The notes: generated by a model not told the origin, from the letters alone. A stretch of DNA of 64,000 nucleotides from an uncultured bacterium (GCA_965660855.1 CBFIBM010000008.1:17079-81078); one strand, 5' to 3'; shown: positions 51,906 to 61,829, numbered from the stretch's first letter. Numbers and translations: made by a program.

Positions 51906-52940
51906 TTATAAATTTAATTTTAAAATCTTGATACCTTCTCTTGTACAAGTAAGAAGCTGTTGATTCCAAAACTTAGTCTTGTATGTATAACCCACAGAAA
52001 AAATACCTTTTTCAATTGGATTTGTTGGATCAGTTATATCATAAATAGCAGTCCCTCTAGAGCCAATAGACAATACTGCTATGTTATCTTTTATCGAAAT
52101 ATGATTTACAGTTAAATCCTCTGCAAATCTATAACCCATTTCACCAGTTGGAAAATTAGGGTAAGGGATGTATACTGCTCCTGCATTATCACATGCCACA
52201 AATACACCTTCTCCTGAGATTGCAGTGGAAAGTGCATTCCCTTGAGTGTTTACCCTTCCTATGAAATTTATTTCAGAGCCTAGGGAATCTATTGAAAAAA
52301 GCTCAACACCCATTTGATCAACAGCCATGGTGATTTTAGAAAATCCATCAGAATCAATGCCCATAGATTTACCTGGGGTGTATATTTCTGATCCATCAAT
52401 AGGTGTCCATTCTATAAATTCTATACCAAATAAATTAGTTGTATCTAAACTATACTTACCCCATTTGAGACCATCATCATTATCCGCTGTATACATTATG
52501 AATTCATCAAGTTTATTTGAGAAAACCACGTAATCTTTTGTTCGAGCGCTCATAATAGTATTTCTGTATCTAAGACTGTCTGCTTCATCTAGATTGTATA
52601 TCATTACATCTTTATTTGATTCAGAAACAAAAACTAGGTTGTTTTTTGAATTATGTTCAATCAGTGAAATATCTTCAAATTCTAAAAAAGCGCCTCCTTC
52701 ATAATAACCATAAAAACTTTTTATTAAAGCCTTTGAAGTAAGATTCCATATTTGAACACCTGACTGACCTGCTGCAACAAAAGCAGTATCATTTTTTATT
52801 GAGACATCTCTAGCAAACCCATTTGTCTCTAAAGTTGATATTATATCATAAGACCATAAATCTTCATCATTTGGTTCCATACAGCCTGAAAACATCAAAA
52901 TTAAAATTATAATATATATTTTATCTTTAATAATTGTCAT
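51906..52940 (-). CDS. LVIVD-repeat-like beta-propeller lipoprotein
   Basis: Lipobox FSGC; GFARDVSIKNDTAFVAAGQSGVQIWNL; AIYDITDPTNP. Confidence 0.65.
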   Translation of the reverse strand: MTIIKDKIYIIILILMFSGCMEPNDEDLWSYDIISTLETNGFARDVSIKNDTAFVAAGQSGVQIWNLTSKALIKSFYGYYEGGAFLEFEDISLIEHNSKNNLVFVSESNKDVMIYNLDEADSLRYRNTIMSARTKDYVVFSNKLDEFIMYTADNDDGLKWGKYSLDTTNLFGIEFIEWTPIDGSEIYTPGKSMGIDSDGFSKITMAVDQMGVELFSIDSLGSEINFIGRVNTQGNALSTAISGEGVFVACDNAGAVYIPYPNFPTGEMGYRFAEDLTVNHISIKDNIAVLSIGSRGTAIYDITDPTNPIEKGIFSVGYTYKTKFWNQQLLTCTREGIKILKLNL

Positions 52941-53952
52941 AATCTATTTTCCATTCAATAGTAATCCAAGTTTGAATTTGGTTAAAGCTCTTTAAATCAG
53001 AAACCCACTTGTATGAGGAAAATGTATCTCTTTTCCTATATCTAAATTTAAAATTTAATTTTAATCCATCTGAGATGTATTTTTTTATCCATAAATCATA
53101 TTTATAGTCTCTATGACTTCTTCCAGAATGTAGAGGATCGTTAAAATCTTCTGCATCATATAGTCGATTTTCATTTCTATATGAGAAACCAAACTCATCA
53201 ATAGTATTAATTTTCTTTTTTATTATCAGAGGTAAATACATTTCAGTAGACTTGTAGGATCTATCAAAGCTACTTGGTTTCAACGGAAATTCTCCTGAAG
53301 TACTTTTTGCATTACCATATTCATACTGTATTCCAAAAATCCCAATATTTTTTAACTTATAGTTATGTTTTGCTCTTATAAAAATAATATCCAAGTCAAA
53401 TTCTGTAAATGGTTTATCATAATATCTTTGTATATAACCTAATGTCAAAATAGACCAAGAATTTTTATAATACCTTTGAGAAATAGAAATATTCTGATTC
53501 CTATCATTGAAAAAACACGGACTATACAAATCATTACTAACATCTCGATTAATATAGTGTCTTAAATAAAAGCTATTTAAATGTCTTATTTGATATTTTA
53601 TATTTTTATATCCACCCCACTTATATATGAGGTCACCTCCACTACTCCAATATTTTTTTTCTTTATTATTTCGGTAATCTGAAAAAGTAAAATTTCCTCT
53701 TAAAATAACTTCATTCTTTTTAACTTTGTACAACGACTTTTGACCTTTTAATCCATATTTAAAAACATAGCTATCAAAAGTAGTTGTTCCTCCTAAGATC
53801 TCTGGGCTAAGAACGGCATCAGAGAAGTCTCGATCAGAAAATCTCATGACATTATTATCATAACCAGATGTAAAACTCAATGTATACTCAAAAGGAGTTG
53901 AACCAAAAACTGTGGATAGTATGAGTAATTTTAAAAAAAATTTATTCATCAA
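52927..53952 (-). CDS. Probable outer-membrane beta-barrel protein
   Basis: Signal peptide; GYDNNV N-terminal strand motif; aromatic-rich alternating strands; terminal strand WITIEWKI. Confidence 0.55.
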   Translation of the reverse strand: MMNKFFLKLLILSTVFGSTPFEYTLSFTSGYDNNVMRFSDRDFSDAVLSPEILGGTTTFDSYVFKYGLKGQKSLYKVKKNEVILRGNFTFSDYRNNKEKKYWSSGGDLIYKWGGYKNIKYQIRHLNSFYLRHYINRDVSNDLYSPCFFNDRNQNISISQRYYKNSWSILTLGYIQRYYDKPFTEFDLDIIFIRAKHNYKLKNIGIFGIQYEYGNAKSTSGEFPLKPSSFDRSYKSTEMYLPLIIKKKINTIDEFGFSYRNENRLYDAEDFNDPLHSGRSHRDYKYDLWIKKYISDGLKLNFKFRYRKRDTFSSYKWVSDLKSFNQIQTWITIEWKIDYDNY

Positions 53953-54827
53953 TATAAAATAAAACGAGTAAGCACAGTTTTTCCCTTATCTAGAACTTCA
54001 ACAAAGTAAGAATGTTTGCCTTTTGGAACTTTAATTTCACAAGATCTCCATTTTCCAGGTACTATATCATCTTTACCTATAATTTTAGATGCAGAAGATC
54101 TTTCGGTATTAAAGTAATATGTTCCAATAACTTTACTACCTTCTTTTACCCTGATTCTAAATGATTCTTGTTGTCCCATTGATTCAGTAAATTCCAGACG
54201 ATTCATTATTTTAAGAATATTTTCCCCATTTGTTTGAATTTTTAGAGGTAGAGTCGGTGAACACTCAAAGTATTCTATTATTTTATTTCCACTAACTAAT
54301 GAAACTGAATTTTTATGTATTGAAGGAGTAATGATTTTCTTCTTCTTTCCAGGATTTTCAAATTCTTTTGACAATACTCTAACTAATGTGGGTAGTTTTT
54401 GATCTGAGTTCTCCAAAATTTCAATTTTATTTTGACCTTTATCTAAATTAATAAAATAATTTCCAGAAAAGGTATAATTATGCTTAGGGTGCTGCACAGA
54501 TCGTACTGCTCTTTGAATTTTATATTTGTGTTTAACAGTTATTGTGTCTTTTTCATTTAATACAATCTGGTACGAATATGGATAGCTTTTCTTTTTTTTT
54601 CTAAGAACAGGAAATCTTGAGATAAATTCTAATCTTTTAGGTCCACTTATAGAAAACACAAGACCTTCTGGTTTAACAGGATAATAAAGCCTTCGTTTTG
54701 AATTAATGATTAAAATCTCTTTTTCTTCACCATTTTCAGTTGGCTTAATAAGTTTACCACTTAAAGGAGTTACCAATAAAAATAGTAAGATTGGTATAAT
54801 TATTTTATAATAAACTATCTGGTTCAT
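53949..54827 (-). CDS. Exported basic protein with two tandem beta-rich domains
   Basis: Signal peptide; halves share a Y...(S/N)G...L....R...(Y/F).I pattern; Lys/Arg-rich. Confidence 0.55.
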   Translation of the reverse strand: MNQIVYYKIIIPILLFLLVTPLSGKLIKPTENGEEKEILIINSKRRLYYPVKPEGLVFSISGPKRLEFISRFPVLRKKKKSYPYSYQIVLNEKDTITVKHKYKIQRAVRSVQHPKHNYTFSGNYFINLDKGQNKIEILENSDQKLPTLVRVLSKEFENPGKKKKIITPSIHKNSVSLVSGNKIIEYFECSPTLPLKIQTNGENILKIMNRLEFTESMGQQESFRIRVKEGSKVIGTYYFNTERSSASKIIGKDDIVPGKWRSCEIKVPKGKHSYFVEVLDKGKTVLTRFILY

Positions 54828-55956
54828 GTTGAGTTAAATGCTCTTTTATTTTTTGTTTACTTTGGAAACCGATCAATAAAACGTATCCTACTATTAATAA
54901 TAAACAGAAGGTAACTACTATTAAATTATATCTTTCAACAGCGTATAGGCTTCCAATTCCAATTTCAGGAACCGGAATTGGTGCAAATTGCATATTATAC
55001 TGTTCAATTAGAGGCTTTATATTAAGTATATGTAATCCTAAAACATTTGATTTAATGAACCGAGAAAAAACGCCTTCGATACCTCCGGATCTTTCAATCT
55101 TGTTAATGTCAGAACGATTAACAACTCCCGGTGATAATAATTTCAAATTAAATGATGTACCCAAGCTAGCTACACCACCGCCAATATTTATTATAGCTTT
55201 ATATGAATCTATGGAAGCATACTTTTTATATTGCTCCATTCTATATAAAATATTATCATTCAATCTATTCTTTTTTATCAATGGAATATTATATTTTGAA
55301 ATATTTTCAATTATCAAATCTCTTCCAGCTGGAGATAAAAGCCTGCCCATATCATTTCTACCTCCTATTGAAGCTGCAATACTTACCGATGGAATTAATT
55401 CTTTTTCAAAAAGAATTCTTTCCATATCAAGCCATGTAAAATCAATTTGATTTGCGCCCCATTGTGATGCACCAACACTGGATATAGTTATAGGTATTAA
55501 TCCAAGTGATTTGCAAGCAGTCAGTACAGCAATATTTGCACCAGGCATTGATCCAGTCATAAGAATTGCTACAGTATCATTCTTCTTTAAACTTAATTGA
55601 GACATGAGGTCAACAATGATTGCAGAAAAATTAGGATCTAAAGTTGTCAATTTTGCATCGAGATCACCTTCATCTGTTGTAATCAAACTAAATGGCCCAC
55701 CAACCAAACCTGTTTCATTTGGATCATTTTCACTATCGATAAAAATACTCTGCTCCATTCTATGGTTTTTTAATTCATTCATTGCAGTTTTCATTAATTT
55801 TGCTGCTTTAATTTTAGAGGTATATGAGGGCGATACTTCTATCGTTTTCATATTTATACTAATGATAAAACAAATAAGACTTAATATTGAAAGCAATACA
55901 AGAGTTGATGTTTTTTGTATAGCAGGAATAAAAGGAGTATTTTTATAGTTGTTCAA
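54805..55956 (-). CDS. pgsW: Poly-gamma-glutamate system protein PgsW
   Basis: DPNETGLVG, ITTDEGDLDAK.TT.DPNF, TGSMPGANIA, SVGASQWGAN, TWLDME, INIGGG; follows pgsC; likely TTG start at 55956 after GGGGGAG. Confidence 0.85.
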   Translation of the reverse strand: MNNYKNTPFIPAIQKTSTLVLLSILSLICFIISINMKTIEVSPSYTSKIKAAKLMKTAMNELKNHRMEQSIFIDSENDPNETGLVGGPFSLITTDEGDLDAKLTTLDPNFSAIIVDLMSQLSLKKNDTVAILMTGSMPGANIAVLTACKSLGLIPITISSVGASQWGANQIDFTWLDMERILFEKELIPSVSIAASIGGRNDMGRLLSPAGRDLIIENISKYNIPLIKKNRLNDNILYRMEQYKKYASIDSYKAIINIGGGVASLGTSFNLKLLSPGVVNRSDINKIERSGGIEGVFSRFIKSNVLGLHILNIKPLIEQYNMQFAPIPVPEIGIGSLYAVERYNLIVVTFCLLLIVGYVLLIGFQSKQKIKEHLTQHEPDSLL

Positions 55957-56392
55957 AAAGAACTCCCCCAAAAATTAACATTACAGAAAGTTTTACTATT
56001 ACTGCCGTAAGTAGAACCACAGAGAGTGTTCGCATTACCCCTTGTCTGTCCATCCAGTTTGCAATTAGACCTGGAATAATATTTCCAATTACTGCTACAG
56101 ATCCGAGGTCAGATTGTATAAAAATTAAATTTCTTGAGATATAACCAAAGAAAAAGCCTAGAATTAAAGCTAGTACGATTCTCCTTTTACCATAAAGAAA
56201 GATATATTTCCCAAGTATTTGAATAATCCCCCAAACTATTAATGCTACCAAAAAAGTAGATAACACTTGGTACGGCTGGTGTAAATAAAGAGAGACATAA
56301 CCGGGTACTATGATACCTCCAGCAGTGACACCTAAAGTCTCAGATAGGACAAGACTAAGGACAATACCTAAACCAATACTTACTTCAATCAT
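55943..56392 (-). CDS. pgsC: Poly-gamma-glutamate biosynthesis protein PgsC/CapC
   Basis: GIVLSLVLSETLGVTAGGIIVPGY, LYGKRR, IGNIIPGLIANWMDRQG. Confidence 0.93.
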   Translation of the reverse strand: MIEVSIGLGIVLSLVLSETLGVTAGGIIVPGYVSLYLHQPYQVLSTFLVALIVWGIIQILGKYIFLYGKRRIVLALILGFFFGYISRNLIFIQSDLGSVAVIGNIIPGLIANWMDRQGVMRTLSVVLLTAVIVKLSVMLIFGGVLFEQL

Positions 56393-57560
56393 TAATTCGG
56401 AATCTTGAGATTAACTTAAGAATTTCCTGACCTGCTCCAACCTGATTTCCAATTGCATAAATAATAGATTTATTAGGTAAATCTTCAATATATTGGATGG
56501 ATATTTCTAATGGTTTCTCTAAATCAAATGTTTGAATTCTGGTATCGGGTGAAAGCAAAGAAAGTTCACCAATAACTTTATTAAGCTTATTACCTCTAAT
56601 AATAAGATAATTAGGTTTTATGCTTTCTAAAGTGAGCTTAATCATTTGCATTGTTCTTATTGGCCTATCCTCTCTAGAGTTTAAAAAAACACAGGTATTT
56701 CTTTTTAATCCGTATCTGCTATTAATATATTTCCAAATATCTAAAGTTGACACAGGGTCATTAGCAGCCATACCATTAATAAATATATATTTATTTGATT
56801 TTAAAATTAAATCCCATGCAATTAATGCACCATCATCAGGTTGAACCTTATACATTCCTTTAAGCGCAGTCTCTCTCTTTATTCCAACTTCTTTGCATAC
56901 ATCTAAAGCAATTGCAATATTAGAAGGATGCTCCATATATTTGAAGGAATTTATTTCTTTTTCTGATATTTCTTTTGGGTTAGAATTAATCATCTTGGAA
57001 TTATTTTGAGCTGCTACGGCCTTTAATAAATTTGGCTTTTGTTCCTCTGCAGTAATAAATATCCCATTAACTGGAACAGTATTACATAAGGAATAAGCTA
57101 CATCATCTTCTGTTGGTCCCATTTCTTCTAAGTGATCAGGCCTCACATTGGTAATTACTCCAATATGAGATTTTACCATTTGATGTTCTGCAATCCATTG
57201 ATATTGCGGTTGAACTGCCATACATTCAATCACTACGGCATCAGGTTTTTGAGATGCAAAATAACGAAGAAGTTTAACCTGTTCCCCAATAGATGGTAAT
57301 CTAAGCCTGTGTATAATTCGATCTTTACCTTCATGATCTATAACCCTTGGGGCAGTACCAGTAGTCTTTGCAAATGTTCGCAGACCGCCTTGTCGTAGCC
57401 CCGCAGCAATTAAACGAGTTACGCTAGATTTACCTCTTGTTCCATTTACATGAATTCTTAATGGTAACATACCAAGCGATCGATTATGAAATTGGAACTC
57501 GATTAAACCTGCAATACAGAGGGATATTGCTAAGGCACCTAATAAATATAGGGGCGTCAT
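56385..57560 (-). CDS. pgsB: Poly-gamma-glutamate synthase PgsB/CapB
   Basis: IHVNGTRGKSSVTRLIAAGL, KTTGT, ECMAVQP, ITNVRPDHLEEMGPT, NGMAANDP, NSREDR. Confidence 0.95.
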   Translation of the reverse strand: MTPLYLLGALAISLCIAGLIEFQFHNRSLGMLPLRIHVNGTRGKSSVTRLIAAGLRQGGLRTFAKTTGTAPRVIDHEGKDRIIHRLRLPSIGEQVKLLRYFASQKPDAVVIECMAVQPQYQWIAEHQMVKSHIGVITNVRPDHLEEMGPTEDDVAYSLCNTVPVNGIFITAEEQKPNLLKAVAAQNNSKMINSNPKEISEKEINSFKYMEHPSNIAIALDVCKEVGIKRETALKGMYKVQPDDGALIAWDLILKSNKYIFINGMAANDPVSTLDIWKYINSRYGLKRNTCVFLNSREDRPIRTMQMIKLTLESIKPNYLIIRGNKLNKVIGELSLLSPDTRIQTFDLEKPLEISIQYIEDLPNKSIIYAIGNQVGAGQEILKLISRFRIND

Positions 57561-57591
57561 TGTAATATTTTTGTATGGCTAATTTTTTGAA

Positions 57592-60500
57592 TTAACCTTC
57601 ATATCTCATAATAGTCCTAATCAATGAAATTAAATCCATGACATTCACCATATTATCACCATTTATATCTGCAAAGAATGCATTTATCTCGCCCTCATAT
57701 CCTAGGTTGTAATCCACTAACAACATTAAATCATTGACATCAACAATACCATCATAGTTTAAATCACCTTCAAGCCTAACATCGCTTCCTCTAGTTGTAA
57801 TTAAAATAGATGTTTCATCTGATAAACTACCGGCAGAGGTATGATAGGTATTATTGAATGTATATTGTAGACCATCTGTCATTGTATGGTCTTCTATTCC
57901 AACAGTGCAGTAATCTCCATGAATCTGATCCCATCCATATGATCCATATGAAGTATTATTAAATTCTTTGTACTGAATTAGAATGTCACCATCACCCGTA
58001 GGAGTTGGATAATAGCTGGGATCAAAGAGTACAACCTGGAATGATTCTCTTGAATTATTTTGATAAGTACGAAGTTCAGACCATTCTACGTAAAACTTTT
58101 TACCTATTTCGTCAAACCATGTATACACCCTTCCACCATTTGTTGTTTTTAAATCGTCCCAAAAAACTGCTACCATAGCCCTAGGTCCACCAGTTCCTGG
58201 CATAGTATAGTTTCGAAAAGATTCCATAGGTGTAGATCCCATTGATATCCAACCATTTGAACAGACACTAATTTGATCATAGTCTTGACCATAAAAACTA
58301 AAGGTAAATGGTAAATCAACAAGGATAACATCGTCTCCATTATTTCCAGCATCTGATAATCCACCTAAATGAGTACCTGGACCACCTTCCCTATCATCAA
58401 TTTCAACCCAGTTGTAAACCGGTGCTAACGTATAGTCAATATCTTCATTACCATATATGTAATATCCATGTGAATCAGGTCCTACCGGATCCGTTACAGT
58501 TGCTGCACCAATCTGGAGAGATACCATAGAATTAGATGTATATCCATCTTCTGTTTCAATATTTACTACCAAATGTGCGATTGTTCCAGGAATTGTCCCT
58601 TCTAGCGCTTTTATCTCAAAATTATTTTCATCATTATACTCAGAACTTCCTGAAGAAATGGATGACCAGGTTCCAGAATTGTCCAATATTTCAATGAATG
58701 GAGAAGAGGATGTAATGGTTCCAGATATAGACTCCGATCCGATACTTCCTTCATTTTTCAAACCTATATCAACCTGAGATGTCGAACCTGGATTAAGTAT
58801 ATCTGAGGCTGAACCAACTATTTCTAAGTTACTAGCACTTATCTTATTTCCAGAAACGAATACATTTAATATTCCTGTAAAATCATTACCACTATCATCA
58901 ACCAAATCAACTATAATTTCTAAATTATTACCATCTTCAATACCATCTCCAAGAATTAATAAAAATGGATCGGTATTGGTAACACTTTCATTTGGCAATA
59001 AATCACCATAAGTAATTGTGTTTAAAGGAATATTAACACTACTATTTTGAGTTGATAATGTTGCAGTTATACCTGATGCATTTTCAGATCCATAATTTGT
59101 AATTGTTAAGTAACTTTCTAAAGTTTCTCCACTATTTGCTATTGAATTTGAATTTCCAATTGAGCCACCTGTGTTATCATCGATTATTAAAAGAGGATTT
59201 TCAGAAACATTTAACGATACCCCCGGATCATAAATTTGGAAAGAGTTTTGATATGGATAGTGATTTTTCTTGGTTACTGTTACTAAAACTTCCCCTGTCT
59301 GATTTGTAGTAATTGGCAGACGAACAAAACCTTGATCATTTGTATACCCTGACTCCACCATTACACCGTCCATCAATATTGTCACCCACGCATCTTCTAC
59401 ATGTCCCAATTCTTTTGAAACATTAATATCTATGAAATTTGTTCCTTTAGTAACAGCATAAGAATGATTAACTGTTGTTAATTCTGGAAATGAACTCCAC
59501 ATTTGTAGAGATGATTCTCCCATTAGACTATTCCAATGAACAAAAATATCAGAAAAATTATTAGGGTTATCTGGATATATTTCATACAGAAGCATTTTAC
59601 CATACATCAATGCACCACCAGCAGAATTAATATCTTTTATTAAACTCCCATAATAAAATCCCATATCAACAATATTATTGAACATTGTATGTGTACCTGT
59701 GGTCGCTGTGCCAACGCAAACAACTGAACCCTTAGGATTTGATGAGGTTCCAGCTCTAATAAAAGCTTCAGACATTGCTTCCTCTTGACCAAAGGAACCT
59801 GTTCCACAAGTAATAACGGTAGCTACAGGTAACATAAAACCATTTGATGTACCATTTATGTCATTATTACTAAAACCACTCACTCCATAAAAACCTCTAT
59901 AATTGAAAAAAGAAACACCGTCAGTAATACCTGATTGCATTTGGCTTGGAAAAGAACCACCATAAATAGTATTGACTTCTTCAAACCCTACCATGTCAAG
60001 GATTTCATGAATAGCTTCATTTGTTATAACACATGATATACCTGATGTGCTTTGATCACCTACTAAGCACGCACGCTCAAACCAGTTTTCGTTCATGTAT
60101 GGATTAGATTCATAATTAATGGTTTTACTTACAATTGTATTTAAATGTGAACTGGTTTCGAAAGATAAACGACCAATAAAAACCTCAGGAAAATTATCAT
60201 TCCCTTCAAGTGTAGTATAAGGATGATCCCCATCTCCATTATACCCACTTTGTGATTCATTCCAAGTTGGAATATCATAAGAACCTGTGACATCACCAAC
60301 TATATTGACATGCACCGGAGGATTATCCCATGATTCATATGCATCTTCGATATAATTTTTTAAGTTGTTTCTATTATTCACAACATTAGAGCTTGAAACA
60401 AAATTAACTTCATAACCTACTCGCTCTTTCCATTTCATAAGTTGCTCAATCGTGCCAAAGAGATTTCCAATATTATTTGGCAAGACATAAAGTATCGATG

Positions 60501-61176
60501 GTCTTTGATATTCTACCTCATCCCTATTCAAGGTATTATAATTCACTACGGTAGCTTCATACAACTTTTCAAATTCTCTAGATATTTTTCTTGGTACAAA
60601 TGGAATGTTTTCAGACTCTATTTCTATTAGAGAAATTTCAGCATCTTTAATAATGGTAAGTTCTCTAGTTGAAGGATTATATTGAAATGGCGTCATAGCT
60701 ATTTGAACCATTACAAGATCTCTCATTACAATTGGTTCTGAAGCATTAATAATTTCTTGTGGAAAAATATTATTTTGAGAATAGACCACGCCTTTAACAG
60801 GATTACCTGTCAAATTACGACCCCACCCTTCGAGTGGCAAAATATCAATATTTTGTACAACTTCTTGTTCATGAATTACTAACTCAACATTCAATTTTTT
60901 CCCAGGATCAACTGCGTACATAGTAGTAACAGTTGGTAAAAATGGTTCTCCAGGCAATGCTACTGAACCTGCATTTTCAATTGTAGGTTTGATGAAATTT
61001 TCACCATTCACATCCATATGTTTTAATTCATAATTAATATTTTTGAATCTCAATTTCTGTTCATTAAGAACACTCGTAAATTCAAATCCATTATGGATTT
61101 TATCAGTAATTCTTTCAGCATAAGCACATACAGTTACTAAAAGTAAAAATCTAAAAATTTGGTAAAGTCTATTCAT
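57592..61176 (-). CDS. Peptidase C25-like secreted protein with propeptide-like N-terminus and C-terminal dockerin-like repeat, atypical active site
   Basis: GEPFLP...TPFQYNP propeptide-like region; WKERVGY, IVGD, PEVFIGRL, NYRGFYG, VITCGTG; C-terminal GDLNYDGIVDVNDL...ADINGDNMVNVMDL. Confidence 0.8.
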   Translation of the reverse strand: MNRLYQIFRFLLLVTVCAYAERITDKIHNGFEFTSVLNEQKLRFKNINYELKHMDVNGENFIKPTIENAGSVALPGEPFLPTVTTMYAVDPGKKLNVELVIHEQEVVQNIDILPLEGWGRNLTGNPVKGVVYSQNNIFPQEIINASEPIVMRDLVMVQIAMTPFQYNPSTRELTIIKDAEISLIEIESENIPFVPRKISREFEKLYEATVVNYNTLNRDEVEYQRPSILYVLPNNIGNLFGTIEQLMKWKERVGYEVNFVSSSNVVNNRNNLKNYIEDAYESWDNPPVHVNIVGDVTGSYDIPTWNESQSGYNGDGDHPYTTLEGNDNFPEVFIGRLSFETSSHLNTIVSKTINYESNPYMNENWFERACLVGDQSTSGISCVITNEAIHEILDMVGFEEVNTIYGGSFPSQMQSGITDGVSFFNYRGFYGVSGFSNNDINGTSNGFMLPVATVITCGTGSFGQEEAMSEAFIRAGTSSNPKGSVVCVGTATTGTHTMFNNIVDMGFYYGSLIKDINSAGGALMYGKMLLYEIYPDNPNNFSDIFVHWNSLMGESSLQMWSSFPELTTVNHSYAVTKGTNFIDINVSKELGHVEDAWVTILMDGVMVESGYTNDQGFVRLPITTNQTGEVLVTVTKKNHYPYQNSFQIYDPGVSLNVSENPLLIIDDNTGGSIGNSNSIANSGETLESYLTITNYGSENASGITATLSTQNSSVNIPLNTITYGDLLPNESVTNTDPFLLILGDGIEDGNNLEIIVDLVDDSGNDFTGILNVFVSGNKISASNLEIVGSASDILNPGSTSQVDIGLKNEGSIGSESISGTITSSSPFIEILDNSGTWSSISSGSSEYNDENNFEIKALEGTIPGTIAHLVVNIETEDGYTSNSMVSLQIGAATVTDPVGPDSHGYYIYGNEDIDYTLAPVYNWVEIDDREGGPGTHLGGLSDAGNNGDDVILVDLPFTFSFYGQDYDQISVCSNGWISMGSTPMESFRNYTMPGTGGPRAMVAVFWDDLKTTNGGRVYTWFDEIGKKFYVEWSELRTYQNNSRESFQVVLFDPSYYPTPTGDGDILIQYKEFNNTSYGSYGWDQIHGDYCTVGIEDHTMTDGLQYTFNNTYHTSAGSLSDETSILITTRGSDVRLEGDLNYDGIVDVNDLMLLVDYNLGYEGEINAFFADINGDNMVNVMDLISLIRTIMRYEG

Positions 61177-61184
61177 TTCTTCCT

Positions 61185-61826
61185 CTATTGCATAATCAAT
61201 AAGTAAAAAAAGTCCGGATAATAAAAACTACCGATGTAAACAAAGGTTGCGGCTACAGTGTAAAACGGAGCCATCGGCATCGCTCTATCCCTATCAAAGC
61301 CCCTAAATATAGAAACGGCTATCCATACAACCAAACTCAACAGTGAAGCAAAAAATAATGTTAATGCCATTCGCATTGGTCCAAGCATTGCTCCAAGAAC
61401 AAAACCTAATTGGATATCACCAAATCCCATACCTTGTCTTTTTGTGATTAGCCACATTACTCCTAAAATAGATAATGGAATAAAAGCGCCAATAAATATT
61501 CCAAAAAATGCAGCTGATAAATAAATATTTTTTAATAAAATATTAGCTATTGAAGATAATAGACAAATAATAATAAATATTAATGGAATTTGAAAAGTCT
61601 TAAAATCAACAATAGAAATTGCGAATAAACTAACAAAGAATAAGCTAAATGGAATGGCTTCCATTAAATCCAAATTATAGAAACTCCACAAGGATATAAT
61701 GATAGACAAACCTTCAATTACTAAATTTTTATTATTTAATGAGAAATCTTCAACTTTGACCCAATTAATTATTTTTTTTGATATAAAACCAATTATAAAA
61801 CCAAATATTATTGAAAATATTATCAT
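61185..61826 (-). CDS. Prepilin peptidase (A24), peptidase domain only
   Basis: Catalytic Asp in IVDFKTFQIP and GMGFGDIQL; PMAPF; no N-terminal CxxC pairs. Confidence 0.85.
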   Translation of the reverse strand: MIIFSIIFGFIIGFISKKIINWVKVEDFSLNNKNLVIEGLSIIISLWSFYNLDLMEAIPFSLFFVSLFAISIVDFKTFQIPLIFIIICLLSSIANILLKNIYLSAAFFGIFIGAFIPLSILGVMWLITKRQGMGFGDIQLGFVLGAMLGPMRMALTLFFASLLSLVVWIAVSIFRGFDRDRAMPMAPFYTVAATFVYIGSFYYPDFFYLLIMQ

Positions 61827-61829
61827 TTT

